This document shows, piece by piece, positions 10,444-20,818 of a stretch of DNA of 64,000 nt (positions within the stretch are counted from its first letter, which is position 1; every line of letters starts with the position of its first letter). Below the pieces are notes generated by a model, which had not been told where the DNA came from, searched no databases, and saw nothing but the letters and a program-made list of their open reading frames with translations. Source of the DNA: Anaeromyxobacter sp. (lineage in GTDB: Bacteria; Myxococcota; Myxococcia; Myxococcales; Anaeromyxobacteraceae); NCBI GenBank assembly GCA_049840735.1, contig JASGJN010000002.1:96001-160000 (forward strand), given 5' to 3'. The position numbers and the translations under genes are program-made.

Positions 10444-11706
10444 TCAGGCCTCACGGGTCTTCCCCGCGCGCCGCAGGTCGCACCCCAAGAGCGCACGCGC
10501 TGGAGCAAGTGAAGGGGAGAGGGAGAGCGAGAGGGAGAGGGAAGGGACGAAGGCCGCCATCTTCTCGCGGCCGTAGGCCTGCACCGCCGCCCAGAGGTTG
10601 TGCCCCCGGCAGCGGAGCCGGAGGTTGGAGATCGTCGCTGGCCCGCCCATCGCCTCCGGGTCGATGTGGTCCAGCTCCAGCTGCCAGCGGCTGCAGCAGC
10701 GCCGGCCGTCCGGGGAGACGTAGGAGCAGCAGCCGCCATCGCGCGCCCAGACCTCGCGGCGAACGAGGGCTGTGACGGTGCGCGGGTCGAAGCGGTACGC
10801 GGTGGCGAAGAGCGGGAGCGGATCGGTGAAGGGAACCGTGACCGGAACCGGCGCGGAGAGCGTCGCCGGCTTCGGGTCCTCGGGCGCAGCAGCGGCGGGG
10901 GCCGCCGCCCTGTTCAGCTCCACCGCACCCCTTCGCTTGGCGTGCTTCTCGACCGCGCAGCGCAGCGCCTCCTTGAGGACATCGGCCAGGTTTCCGTCGG
11001 GGACCTTGTGGGAGAGGAGTTCACGGAGCGTCTCGAGGTCAGCGTGCGCCGCCTCGTCGAGCGTGACCCGCATCGACCACTGCTCCGCGTTGACCGGGTG
11101 AAGCTCGGGGCGGCTGGGGACGGGGGTGGGCGCCGAGAGCGCGAAGGCGGGCTCCGAGGAAACGGCCGGCTCCTGAGGCTGGGACGGAGCCGCCTCGACC
11201 GGCGCGGTCACCAGTGCAGTCGCACCCGTTGGATCCACCGGACGAGGCTGGGGGGCGGCAGGGGGCGTAGAAGGGAGCCGACGCACCCCGTTCTTCGGCG
11301 CCTCGCGGGGCTTGAGGGTCACCACCAGCCGCTCCACCTCGGCCTTGGACTTGAAGGCGGCGCTCCCGACCAGCTCCTCCAGGTTCTCCTCGGTCAGCAC
11401 GTCGCGCAGCATTCCCAGCGTGGAGAGCGAGAGCCTGCCCTCGCGCAGCGGCGCCTCGAGGGAGGGGAACCGGGACAGCAGCCGCATGGCCGTGATGCGG
11501 CGGTAGGCGCCGTCCTCGGAGAGGTGGAGCACCTCCCGGCAGTAGGCCCACAGGGACGGGAACCCCTGCTCCAGGTAGAGCTTCCGCCGCTCCACCTCCG
11601 CCAGCACCAGCAGGAACCCGACCTTGATGCCCCGCTCGTCCGAGGCGAGAGCGTGCAGCCGGGCGATGAGGGAGCTGTTGTCGAGCACATCGAGTCGGGC
11701 GTTCAT
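10444..11706 (-). CDS. HNH endonuclease with DUF222-like helical N-terminal region
   Basis: C-terminal VRREVWARDGGCC...C...LELDHIDP..GG...SNLRLRCRGHN; N-terminal helical region followed by Pro-rich linkers; ATG 11706 with GGAGG upstream. Confidence 0.88.
   Translation of the reverse strand: MNARLDVLDNSSLIARLHALASDERGIKVGFLLVLAEVERRKLYLEQGFPSLWAYCREVLHLSEDGAYRRITAMRLLSRFPSLEAPLREGRLSLSTLGMLRDVLTEENLEELVGSAAFKSKAEVERLVVTLKPREAPKNGVRRLPSTPPAAPQPRPVDPTGATALVTAPVEAAPSQPQEPAVSSEPAFALSAPTPVPSRPELHPVNAEQWSMRVTLDEAAHADLETLRELLSHKVPDGNLADVLKEALRCAVEKHAKRRGAVELNRAAAPAAAAPEDPKPATLSAPVPVTVPFTDPLPLFATAYRFDPRTVTALVRREVWARDGGCCSYVSPDGRRCCSRWQLELDHIDPEAMGGPATISNLRLRCRGHNLWAAVQAYGREKMAAFVPSLSLSLSLSPSLAPARALLGCDLRRAGKTREA
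10482..10512 (+). repeat. Solo copy of the 41-bp array repeat
   Basis: ACCCCAAGAGCGCACGCGCTGGAGCAAGTGA matches the array unit with one mismatch. Confidence 0.9.
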
Positions 11707-11953
11707 TGGCGTGCACCTCCAGCAGAGGACGCCATCGTAAGCCTGGTTTTCGAGGTGCTCGCCGAGGCCCCTGGCGCCGCCCAGGAGGCGAGATCTCCGC
11801 GAGCCCATCGCCGCTCCCCCACGCGCCTCCCCGCGCGCCCAGGAGATCACGCAGAGCATTGCAGGAGAGGCGTTTCCGGCGGAGCCCCGCCGCGGAAGCC
11901 GCGCCGCGCCAAATTCACGTCAAGCGAAATCCGGCGAATGCCGCGAGACGCCC

Positions 11954-11968
11954 CACTTGCTCCAGCGC
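11954..11968 (-). repeat. Inverted 15-bp copy of the array repeat core
   Basis: CACTTGCTCCAGCGC is the exact reverse complement of GCGCTGGAGCAAGTG. Confidence 0.85.
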
Positions 11969-11989
11969 CGGCGTTTCACGGCGCCTGGG

Positions 11990-12036
11990 CTTCGACTCCG
12001 CGAGCCCTGCGGGCTCGCTACGCTCAGCCCGAACGG
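11990..12036 (-). repeat. REP-like palindromic element, family A
   Basis: CTTCGACTCC-[GCGAGCCC TGC GGGCTCGC]-TACGCTCAGCCCGAACGG; same flanks as the copies at 29125 and 40258. Confidence 0.8.
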
Positions 12037-12082
12037 ATCCCCAACGTCCTCGGCAATGACTTGACCCCGCATCGGATCCATT

Positions 12083-12478
12083 CAAGGGCGCACGCGCTGG
12101 AGTAAGTGACTCTCAGTTGATCCCAAGGGCGCACGCGCTGGAGCGAGTGACTCCCAGTTGACCCCAAGGGCGCACGCGCTGGAGCAAGTAACTCTCAGTT
12201 GACCCCAAGGGCGCACGCGCTGGAGTAAGTAACTCTCAGTTGACTTCAAGGGCGCACGCGCTGGAGTAAGTAACTCTCAGTTGACTCCAAGGGCGCACGC
12301 GCTGGAGCAAGTAACTCTCAGTTGACTCCAAGGACGCACGCGCTGGAGTAAGTGACTCCCAGTTGACCCCTAGGGCGCACGCGCTGGAGCAAGTGACTCT
12401 CAGTTGACCCCAAGGGCGCACGCGCTGGAGCAAGTGACTCTCAGTTGACCCCTAGGGCGCACGCGCCGGAGCAAGTGA
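12083..12478. repeat. Tandem array of 41-bp repeats (9 full + 1 partial)
   Basis: Consensus CAAGGGCGCACGCGCTGGAGYAAGTRACTCYCAGTTGACYY; units start at 12083, 12124, 12165, 12206, 12247, 12288, 12329, 12370, 12411 and 12452. Confidence 0.97.
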
Positions 12479-12718
12479 GCGCGAACACGCCTGACGTCAC
12501 TCCCCCCGTCCCACCGCCCGCCCCCTCTCACCGCCAGCCCCTCCCACGTCCCAGCCCTCCACCCCGCCCCTCAGCACGGCACCGCCCACGGCGCTGGGGC
12601 AGGGGCTCCCCAGCGCCCTGCACCATCGGCAGGTCCGCCCGCCCTCACCCCCACCGCCCCGCACCATCGGCAGGTCCACTCGCAGGCAGCAGCGGCGCAC
12701 CCGCCCGCCACCCGCCAC

Positions 12719-13519
12719 CTACGACGTGATCGCCCCATCCGCGATCAGGTTGGCCAGGATCCTCGCCGTGTCCAGCCTCGGCAGCCCCGACAGCGCGAAC
12801 AGCGCCTCGTAGTCCACCGCCCCGTCGATCTGCGCCAGCAGGAAGCCGGCGCGGTGATCGAGGTTCAGCCAGACGATCTCCTCCGGCTTGATGGCCAGGT
12901 GCGGCACGCCGCCCAGCGGGCCCAGCTTGGACTCGTACATGGCCACCAGCGTGGCCTCGTTCTGCCGCAGGTAGTCCCGGGCCTCGCCGTGGTCAGGGTC
13001 GAGCTGGAGGATCTTCTCGATCAGCTCCAGCGAGCCGCTGAAGTCGCCCAGCGCGAAGAGCTCCTTGGCGGCGCTCATCCAGACGCCGACGTCGTCCTGC
13101 CCCTGCGGCTGCGGCGCGGGCGGGCCCTCGGGGACCAGCGCCTTGAGGTCCGACTTCTCCTCCACCGCCAGCAGGTCCAGGCCGCCGCCGGGCTCCAGCA
13201 CGAACGTGGCCGCGGCGGCGGGCCCTTCGTCCCAGGGTGACGGCGCGTAGTCGTCCCCGGCGCGGGCCGGCGCGGCGCCGGGCGCGGGGAGCGGGACGGC
13301 CGCGCTGGCGGACGGGGCCGGGAGCGGCACCGACGCCGGGGCGGCCGACGCGGCGGCCGGGCCGCTCGCGCCGCCGCTGATGAGCAGCAGGTAGGAGCGG
13401 GCGCGCGGGTTGCCCGGGTCGCGCTCCAGCACCTCCTGGAACGTGCGCAGCGCCTCGCCCACCTTGCCGGCGACGTAGGCCTTGATGCCGCGGTCGATGA
13501 GGTCGGCGAGCTCCGACAC
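12719..13519 (-). CDS. TPR-containing hypothetical protein
   Basis: Two TPR-like segments (EALRTFQEVLERDPGN; LELIEKILQLDPDH) and C-terminal LDHRAGFLLAQIDG. Confidence 0.75.
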   Translation of the reverse strand: MSELADLIDRGIKAYVAGKVGEALRTFQEVLERDPGNPRARSYLLLISGGASGPAAASAAPASVPLPAPSASAAVPLPAPGAAPARAGDDYAPSPWDEGPAAAATFVLEPGGGLDLLAVEEKSDLKALVPEGPPAPQPQGQDDVGVWMSAAKELFALGDFSGSLELIEKILQLDPDHGEARDYLRQNEATLVAMYESKLGPLGGVPHLAIKPEEIVWLNLDHRAGFLLAQIDGAVDYEALFALSGLPRLDTARILANLIADGAITS

Positions 13520-13522
13520 GGG

Positions 13523-15391
13523 CTAGCCCTCACCCGCCGGGTGGCCGGCAGAGGCCAGCCCCTTGAAGAGCTGCAGCGTCCGCTCCAGCGCCTCCTGCTC
13601 GGCCTCCAGCGCGGCCATGTCCTGGGCGTCGAAGGCCTGCCGGACGCGCGCCAGCACGCCCTCGGCCTTCTGGACCGCGTCCTTGCCGAAGCGGGTCCGC
13701 TCCAGGGCCGCGACCACCGCCGGGCGCAGCCCCTCGATCTCGGTCACGATCACCTGGGCCCGCTGCCGCCGCAGGTCGAACTCGCGCGTGGTGGCCTTCT
13801 TCTCCAGCAGGTCGTCGATCTGCTCGTCGAGGATCCGCTTCAGCTCCTCCTCGGTCAGGCCGGAGGTGGCGGTGACGGTGATCGACTGCTGCAGCCCGGT
13901 GGCCACGTCGCGGGCGGCGACGCCCACGATGCCGTCGGCGCTGATGTCGAAGGTGACCTCGATCTCCACCTCGCCGCGCCGGGCCGGGCGGATGCCGTCC
14001 AGCACGAACTCGCCCAGCAGCTCGTTGTCCACCGCGCGCTCGGCCTCGCCCTGCAGCACGGCGATGCGCACCGAGGTCTGGTTGTCCTGCACGGTGGTGA
14101 AGAGGTGGGTCTCGCTGGTGGGGACGGTGGTGTTGCGCGCGATGATGGTCTGGAAGTAGCCGCCCACCACCATGATGCCCAGGTTCTGCGGCGTCACGTC
14201 GAGCAGCAGCACCTCGCTGCCCGCCGGCTGCGGCGCGGTCAGCGCGTGGGCCTGGATGGCGGCCCCCAGCGCCACGACCTCCTCCGGGTGGACGCCGCGG
14301 CAGGGCTCGCGCCCGAAGAACTCCTTCACCGCCTTCTGCACCCGCGGCATGCGGGTCATGCCGCCGACCAGGATCACCTCGCCCACCTGCGTGGGGCGCA
14401 CCCCGGCGTCCTTGAGCGTCCGCTCCGTCACCGCGATGCAGCGGTCCACCAGGTCCTTGGTCAGCTCCTCCAGCTTCTCGCGGGTGAGCTGCCGGTCGAG
14501 GTGGAGCGCCGGCTTGCCCTCCCCGCCGCCGTAGAGGAACGGCAGGTGGATGGCCGCCTGCTGCGCGCCGGAGAGCTCGATCTTGGCCTTCTCGGCCGCG
14601 TCGCGCAGCCGCTGCAGCGCCATCTTGTCCTGGCGCAGGTCCACGCCGCCGTTCTCGCGGGCGAAGGTGAAGGTGAGCCAGTCGATGATGCGCCGGTCGA
14701 AGTCCTCGCCGCCCAGGTACGTGTCGCCGCCCACCGCCACGACGTCGTAGACGCTCTTGCCGATGTCGAGGATGGAGACGTCGAAGGTGCCGCCGCCCAG
14801 GTCGAAGACCACCACCTTCTGCTCGATCTGCTTGCCGAAGCCGTACGCCAGCGCGGCGCTGGTGGGCTCGTTGATGATGCGGAGCACCTCCAGCCCGGCG
14901 ATGCGGCCGGCGTCCTTGGTGGCGTGGCGCTGGCCGTCGTTGAAGTAGGCCGGGACGGTGATGACCGCCTTCTGCACCGGGCGCCCGAACCAGGCCTCGG
15001 CGTCGGCCTTGAGCTCGGCCAGCACCATGGCCGAGATCTCGGGGATGGCGTAGGCGCGCCCGGCCAGGTCCACGCGGACGTCGTTCCCCTCCGGCCCGGG
15101 GACCAGCACGTAGGGGAGCACCCGGCGCGCGTCCTCGACCTCCTTGGACCCCCAGCGCCGGCCGATGAGCCGCTTGGCGGCGTGCACGGTGTTCTCGGCG
15201 TTGGTGATGGCCTGGCGCTTGGCCAGGTGCCCCACCAGCCGCTTCCCGTTCTTGGCCACCGCCAGGATGGAGGGGGTGAGCAGCTGTCCGCCGCGGTTGG
15301 GGATGACGCGCGGGACGCCGTCGCGCACGGTGGCCACGACCGAGTTGGTCGTGCCCAGGTCGATCCCGATCACCGGCTCGTAGTCGCTCAT
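13523..15391 (-). CDS. dnaK: Hsp70/DnaK-family chaperone (paralog)
   Basis: [54 protein letters not shown]. Confidence 0.93.
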   Translation of the reverse strand: MSDYEPVIGIDLGTTNSVVATVRDGVPRVIPNRGGQLLTPSILAVAKNGKRLVGHLAKRQAITNAENTVHAAKRLIGRRWGSKEVEDARRVLPYVLVPGPEGNDVRVDLAGRAYAIPEISAMVLAELKADAEAWFGRPVQKAVITVPAYFNDGQRHATKDAGRIAGLEVLRIINEPTSAALAYGFGKQIEQKVVVFDLGGGTFDVSILDIGKSVYDVVAVGGDTYLGGEDFDRRIIDWLTFTFARENGGVDLRQDKMALQRLRDAAEKAKIELSGAQQAAIHLPFLYGGGEGKPALHLDRQLTREKLEELTKDLVDRCIAVTERTLKDAGVRPTQVGEVILVGGMTRMPRVQKAVKEFFGREPCRGVHPEEVVALGAAIQAHALTAPQPAGSEVLLLDVTPQNLGIMVVGGYFQTIIARNTTVPTSETHLFTTVQDNQTSVRIAVLQGEAERAVDNELLGEFVLDGIRPARRGEVEIEVTFDISADGIVGVAARDVATGLQQSITVTATSGLTEEELKRILDEQIDDLLEKKATTREFDLRRQRAQVIVTEIEGLRPAVVAALERTRFGKDAVQKAEGVLARVRQAFDAQDMAALEAEQEALERTLQLFKGLASAGHPAGEG

Positions 15392-16353
15392 CCCAGGATG
15401 CCCCAGCGCAGCTTCTTGAGCCGCTCCTTGGCCGCCTCGAGCTTCGGATCGAGCTCGAGCGCCTTCTCCAGCGCCCGGCGGGCCTCGCGCTTCTCGCCCT
15501 GGGCCTCCAGCACCAGCCCCAGCGCCTCGTGCGACTGGCCCAGGCCCGGCGCGGCGCGGACGGCCGCGTCGGCCAGCTCGCGCGCGCCGCCCACGTCGCC
15601 CACCGCCAGCGCCACCCGCGCGCCGGCGGACGCAGCGCGGGCGTGGCGCGGATCGGCCTCGAGCGCGCCGCGGAAGGCGGCCAGCGCCGCCTGCAGCTGC
15701 CCCATCACCTCGGCCGAGACGCCCTTGTCGTAGAGGTCGGAGGCCTTGGACGAGGCCGCGCGCCGGCGCGCCTCGGCCGCCAGCGTGGCCACCTCCCCGT
15801 TGCTCGGGTCGAGGCTGGCCGCGAGCGCCAGGTCGTTCATGGCCTGGCTGGCCCGGCCGGCCTCCAGCGCCTCCTTGCCGCGCGCCACCAGCTCGGCCAC
15901 CCGCGTGACGCGGGCCACCAGCGGGTTCTGGCGCGCCAGGCGGGCCCGCCGCTCGGCGGCGCGCCGCTCGTCCTCCAGCTTGCGCGCCTCGAGGCGGGCG
16001 AACTCGGTCGCCGGCGCGGTGGCGCGCGCGTAGGCGGCGCGGCGCGCGTCGTCGGTGAGCGCGTCGCGCGCCTCGGTCACGCGCCGGAAGACGCGCTCCA
16101 GGCGCGCGCGGTAGCTGCCCAGCCGCCTGCCCGGGTAGCGATCGGGGTGGAAGATCTTCACCGCCTCCAGGTACGCGGCGCGCGCGTCGGCGGCGGGCGC
16201 GTTCCAGGGCAGGCCGAGCACGTCCCAGTGCGTGCCGGCGGCGACCAGGCTCTCGGCGTAGAGGATCGCCTTCCGCCGCTCGGGCTCGAGGTCGATGTTG
16301 GCCTCCCCGAGCTCGGCGCCGAAGACGAAGCCCTTGTACCGGTCGTCGCTCAC
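15388..16353 (-). CDS. J-domain + TPR co-chaperone
   Basis: HWDVLGL...KIFHPDRY J-domain motif followed by TPR-like repeats; 4-nt overlap with dnaK. Confidence 0.85.
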   Translation of the reverse strand: MSDDRYKGFVFGAELGEANIDLEPERRKAILYAESLVAAGTHWDVLGLPWNAPAADARAAYLEAVKIFHPDRYPGRRLGSYRARLERVFRRVTEARDALTDDARRAAYARATAPATEFARLEARKLEDERRAAERRARLARQNPLVARVTRVAELVARGKEALEAGRASQAMNDLALAASLDPSNGEVATLAAEARRRAASSKASDLYDKGVSAEVMGQLQAALAAFRGALEADPRHARAASAGARVALAVGDVGGARELADAAVRAAPGLGQSHEALGLVLEAQGEKREARRALEKALELDPKLEAAKERLKKLRWGILG

Positions 16354-16550
16354 GGCTCACCCTCTCCCACGAACACCGAGATTACAGACGGGTGCCTCGA
16401 GGGGTCAAACCCGACCGAGCGAGAACGCGCACTTGAACAGGTCGCCCAGGCGCCGGTCGTACCGATGAGGGTGAAGCTGGGCGCCCGACCCCTCGGCGGG
16501 TAGTCGGGCAAGCGAGGGAGCCCCTCGGGGGTCGCCGCCTCCCAGCGGCC

Positions 16551-17480
16551 TCACCGGTTGGCGAGCAGCAGCTCCAGAAGGGCCTTCTGGGCGTGCAGCC
16601 GGTTCTCGGCCTCGTCGAAGACGGCCGACTGCGGCCCCTCCAGGACGCCCTCGGTGATCTCCTCGCCGCGGTGGGCCGGCAGGCAGTGGAGCACGATGGC
16701 GTTGGGGCGCGCCCGCGCCATCAGCGCCTCGTCCACGATGAAGGCCTTGAAGTGGCGCTCGCGCTCGGCCTGCTCCGCCTCCTGGCCCATGGACGCCCAG
16801 ACGTCGGTGTTGACCACGTGCGCGCCCTCGACCGCCTCGGCGGGGCTGCGGACCACCCGGGCGTGCGCGCCGCAGCGGGCCACCAGCGCCGGATCGGGAT
16901 CGTAGCCGGCGGGGCAGGCCAGGCGCAGGTCGAACCCGAGCACCGCGCAGGCCTCGAGCCAGCTGTTGGCCATGTTGTTGCCGTCGCCGATCCAGGCCAC
17001 CTGCAGGCCGGACCGCGTCAGGACGTCGGCCCCGAACCGCTCGGTGACGGTGAGCAGGTCGGCCAGGAGCTGGCAGGGGTGCGACGAGTCGGTGAGCGCG
17101 TTCACCACCGGCACGTCGGCGTACCTCGCCATCTCCTCGACCTTGGCGTGCTCGAAGGTCCGCACCACCAGGCAGTCGAGGTACCGCGAGAGGACGCGGG
17201 CCGTGTCGCGGATGGGCTCGCCGCGCCCCAGCTGCGTGTCGCGCGGCGACAGCATCATGGCGTTGCCGCCCAGCTGGTAGGAGGCCACCTCGAAGGAGAC
17301 GCGCGTGCGCGTGGAGGCCTTCTCGAAGACCAGGCCCACGGTCAGCTGCTCCAGCGGGCGCGGCCCGCCCTTGCCGAGGAGCTTCCACTCCGCGGCGCGC
17401 TCGATGAGCTCCAGCAGCTCGGAGCGGTCCAGGTCGGTGAGGCGGAGGAAGTCGCGGTGGTTGCGGGTCGGGGCGGGCAT
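16551..17480 (-). CDS. argF: Ornithine carbamoyltransferase
   Basis: FEKASTRTR, HPCQ, GDGNN, DVWASMG, HCLP. Confidence 0.95.
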   Translation of the reverse strand: MPAPTRNHRDFLRLTDLDRSELLELIERAAEWKLLGKGGPRPLEQLTVGLVFEKASTRTRVSFEVASYQLGGNAMMLSPRDTQLGRGEPIRDTARVLSRYLDCLVVRTFEHAKVEEMARYADVPVVNALTDSSHPCQLLADLLTVTERFGADVLTRSGLQVAWIGDGNNMANSWLEACAVLGFDLRLACPAGYDPDPALVARCGAHARVVRSPAEAVEGAHVVNTDVWASMGQEAEQAERERHFKAFIVDEALMARARPNAIVLHCLPAHRGEEITEGVLEGPQSAVFDEAENRLHAQKALLELLLANR

Positions 17481-17494
17481 GGGTCTCTCGACGG

Positions 17495-18704
17495 TCAGGG
17501 CTTGGCGGGCGCCGCCGCCAGGGCGGCGCCGAGCCGCTCGACGGCCTGGTCGGCCTCGGCAGCGGTGAGGGTCAGGGCCGGGGCGAGGCGGAGCACGTCG
17601 TCCCCGATGGCGTTCACGAGCAGGCCGCGGGCGCGGGCGGCCTTCATCACCTCTCCGGCGGCCACGCCCTTCACCAGCACGCCCAGCAGCATGCCGCGGC
17701 CGCGCACGCCGGCCAGCCGGCCGCCGTTGCCCAGCTTCTCCAGGCCGGCCCGGAGCCGGGCCGCGACCTCGCGCGAGCGCTCCAGCACGCCGCCCTGCCG
17801 CAGCTCGCGCAGGACCGCCAACGCCACGGCGCTGGCCAGCGGGTTGCCGCCGAAGGTGCTGCCGTGCGAGCCGGGCGTGAGGTGCTGGCCCACCTCCTCC
17901 GACGCGAGCAGCGCGCCGATGGGGAAGCCGCCGCCCAGCGCCTTCGCCGTGGAGAGCAGGTCCGGCGTGAAGCCGAGCCACTCGTGGGCCCACATCTTCC
18001 CGGTGCGGCCCATGCCGGTCTGGACCTCGTCCAGGCAGAGCAGCACGCCGCGCTTGCGGGTCAGCTCGCGGGCGGCCTCGAGGTAGCCCTCCGGCGCCGG
18101 GAGCACCCCCGACTCGCCCTGGATCGGCTCCACGATGAAGGCGGCGGTCCGGTCGGTGAGCGCCGCGTCGAGCGCCGCCAGGTCGCCGAACGGCACGTGG
18201 CGCACGCCCGGGACCAGCGGCTCGAAGCCGTGCTGGTACTTCTCCTGCCCGCCCACGGTCACGGTGAAGAGCGTGCGCCCGTGGAAGGAGTCCTTGCAGG
18301 CGACGATTCTCGTTGCGCTCCGGGTGGCCCCGGTCGGCGTGGTACTTGCGCGCCAGCTTCAGCATCACCTCGTTGGCCTCGGCGCCGCTGTTGCAGAAGA
18401 AGGCGCGCGACGCGAACGGCGTGGCGGCCAGCAGGGCCTCCGCCAGCTCGACCTGCCGCGGGATGAAGTAGTGGTTGGAGACGTGCCAGACCGCGCGGGC
18501 CTGCGCCTCGAGCGCCTCCACCAGCGCCGGGTGGCAGTGCCCGAGCACGTTGACCGCCACGCCGCCCAGGAAGTCGAGGTACTCGTTCCCGTCGGCGTCC
18601 CACACGCGGCTGCCCTCGCCGCGGACGATGGCGACGGGCTGCTGCTTGTAGTTGGGGGTGAGGACCTTCTGGGCCCGCTCCGCGAGCTGCGCGTTGCCGT
18701 TCAT
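17495..18704 (-). CDS. argD: Acetylornithine aminotransferase; apparent +1 frameshift near 18307
   Basis: YLDFLGG, NSGAEANE, then FHGR, EPIQGE, DEVQTG, AKALGGG in the next frame. Confidence 0.9.
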
Positions 18705-18791
18705 GGACCGCTTATATCAGCGGAACGGCAAGGGGTTAAGGGATTCTGTCCGCGCAGGGCCGGTCAGGGGGCCGGGAGGGGCCCCGGCCGC

Positions 18792-20204
18792 TCACAGGAT
18801 GTACCGCGACAGGTCCTCGTCCCTGACCACGTCCGCCAGCCGCTCCCGCACGTAGGCCGCGTCCACCACGATGCGCTGGCCGCGCAGCTCGGCCGCGTCG
18901 AAGGAGATGGGGTCGAGCAGCCGCTCCATCACCGTGTGGAGCCGCCGGGCGCCGATGTTCTCCATGCGCTCGTTCACCTCCGCCGCGATCCGGGCCACCT
19001 CCTCCACCGCGTCGTCCCGGATCTGCACGTCCACCCCCTCGGTCGAGAGCAGGGCGACGTACTGGCGCACCAGGCTGCCGCGCGGCTCGCGCAGGATCCG
19101 GACCAGGTCCTCCCGGGTGAGCGGCGTGAGCTCCACGCGGATGGGGAAGCGGCCCTGCAGCTCCGGGATCAGGTCGGAGACCTTGCTGACGTGGAAGGCG
19201 CCGGCCGCGATGAACAGGATGTGGTCGGTCTTCACCATGCCGTACTTGGTGTTGACGTTGGACCCCTCCACGATGGGCAGGAGGTCGCGCTGCACGCCGC
19301 CGCGGGAGACGTCCGGGCCGCGCCCGCCCCCGGCCTCGCCGCCGCCGCCGGCGATCTTGTCGATCTCGTCGATGAAGACGATGCCGGCGTCCTGCGCGCG
19401 CACCAGCGCCTCGCGGACCACGCGCTCCATGTCCACCATCCGGCTGGCCTCCTCCTCGGTGAGGAGCTCCAGCGCCTCCTTGACGGTGACCTTGCGCTTC
19501 CGCTTCTTCTGCCCGCCCCCCAGCATGTTCAGGATGGGGTTGTTGCCCAGGTTCTGCACCATGTCCTGGAGCCCCTGGGCCATGTCCTCCATGCCCGGCC
19601 CCATGAACGGCATGACCGGGAGCCCCCGCTCCTGCACCTCCACCTCCACCAGGTCGTCGTCCAGCGTGCCGGCCCGCAGCTGCGCCCGGGCCTTCTCGCG
19701 CGAGCCGGCGCCGCTGGCCGGGTGCTCCGGCTCCTCGCCGCGCACCCGCGCCGCCACGCTCCGGAACCCCAGCCCCAGCCCGCCGCCGTGTCCCAGCGCG
19801 TCGAGCACCCGCTCCTCGGCGGCCTCGCGGGCCCGCTCGCGGAGCTTCACCATCTCCTCCTCCTTCACCAGCTTGACCGAGGCCTCCACCAGGTCGCGGA
19901 TCATGGCGTCCACGTCCCGGCCGACGTAGCCCACCTCGGTGAACTTGGAGGCCTCCACCTTCACGAACGGCGCGCCCGCCAGCTTCGCGAGGCGGCGCGC
20001 GATCTCGGTCTTCCCCACGCCGGTGGGGCCGATGAGGATGATGTTCTTGGGGAGCACCTCGTCGCGCAGCTCCGGCGCGACGCGCTGCCGCCGCCAGCGG
20101 TTGCGGAGCGCGATGGCGACGGCCCGCTTCGCCGCGCCCTGCCCGACCACGTACCGGTCCAGCTCGGCCACGATCTCGCGCGGCGTCAGCTCCTGGGCCT
20201 TCAC
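18792..20204 (-). CDS. hslU: ATP-dependent protease ATPase subunit HslU
   Basis: [35 protein letters not shown]. Confidence 0.97.
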   Translation of the reverse strand: MKAQELTPREIVAELDRYVVGQGAAKRAVAIALRNRWRRQRVAPELRDEVLPKNIILIGPTGVGKTEIARRLAKLAGAPFVKVEASKFTEVGYVGRDVDAMIRDLVEASVKLVKEEEMVKLRERAREAAEERVLDALGHGGGLGLGFRSVAARVRGEEPEHPASGAGSREKARAQLRAGTLDDDLVEVEVQERGLPVMPFMGPGMEDMAQGLQDMVQNLGNNPILNMLGGGQKKRKRKVTVKEALELLTEEEASRMVDMERVVREALVRAQDAGIVFIDEIDKIAGGGGEAGGGRGPDVSRGGVQRDLLPIVEGSNVNTKYGMVKTDHILFIAAGAFHVSKVSDLIPELQGRFPIRVELTPLTREDLVRILREPRGSLVRQYVALLSTEGVDVQIRDDAVEEVARIAAEVNERMENIGARRLHTVMERLLDPISFDAAELRGQRIVVDAAYVRERLADVVRDEDLSRYIL

Positions 20205-20752
20205 GACAGCTCCTCCACCGTCAGGTTCGCGTTGGTGTAGATGCAGATCCCGGCGGCCAGCTTCATGGCCTCCTCGGCCAGGGCCCGGGCGTCGAGCGTC
20301 GAGTGCGCCAGCAAGGCGCGGGCGGCCGCCAGCGCGTAGGGGCCGCCGGAGCCGATGGCCACCACCGCGCCGCCGGGCACCGCGTCCGGCTCGATGACGT
20401 CGCCGGCGCCGGAGAGCACCAGCACGTGCTCCCGGTCGGCCACCACCAGCAGCGCCTCCAGCCGGCGCAGCAGCCGGTCGGTCCGCCACTGCTTGGCCAG
20501 CTCGACCGCGGCCCGCGGCAGCGAGCGGGCGTGCTCCTTGAGCTTCTTCTCGAACAGCTCGAAGAGCTGGAAGGCGTCGGCGGTGGCGCCGGCGAACCCC
20601 GCCAGCACCTGCCCCTCGGCCAGCCGCCGCACCTTGCGGGCCGTGGCCTTCATGACGGTCTTGTCGAGCGTGACCTGGCCGTCGCTGGCCATCACCGTCC
20701 GCCCCTCGCGGCGGACGCAGAGGACGGTGGTTCCATGGAGCGCTTGCATCAT
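20201..20752 (-). CDS. hslV: ATP-dependent protease peptidase subunit HslV
   Basis: [30 protein letters not shown]. Confidence 0.97.
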   Translation of the reverse strand: MMQALHGTTVLCVRREGRTVMASDGQVTLDKTVMKATARKVRRLAEGQVLAGFAGATADAFQLFELFEKKLKEHARSLPRAAVELAKQWRTDRLLRRLEALLVVADREHVLVLSGAGDVIEPDAVPGGAVVAIGSGGPYALAAARALLAHSTLDARALAEEAMKLAAGICIYTNANLTVEELS

Positions 20753-20818
20753 TTACGCGTAGCGCGCCCGCCCTGCGGGAGCAACGGCCTTCGCTGGTTC
20801 ACCCCGCCCGCCTGCGCC

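Noticed and set aside
12236..12433. 65-aa ORF within the array
   Set aside because: The period of 41 is not a multiple of 3, and the unit contains stops in several frames; chance ORF.
12083..12478. CRISPR array
   Set aside because: Units abut with no unique spacers, differences are scattered SNPs, and no cas genes are in the window.
17495..18704. True pseudogenes (argD, ybeY, aglZ, DGC, GT4, SDR)
   Set aside because: One or two single-base indels with otherwise intact motifs, concentrated at GATC or homopolymers; sequencing error is more parsimonious.
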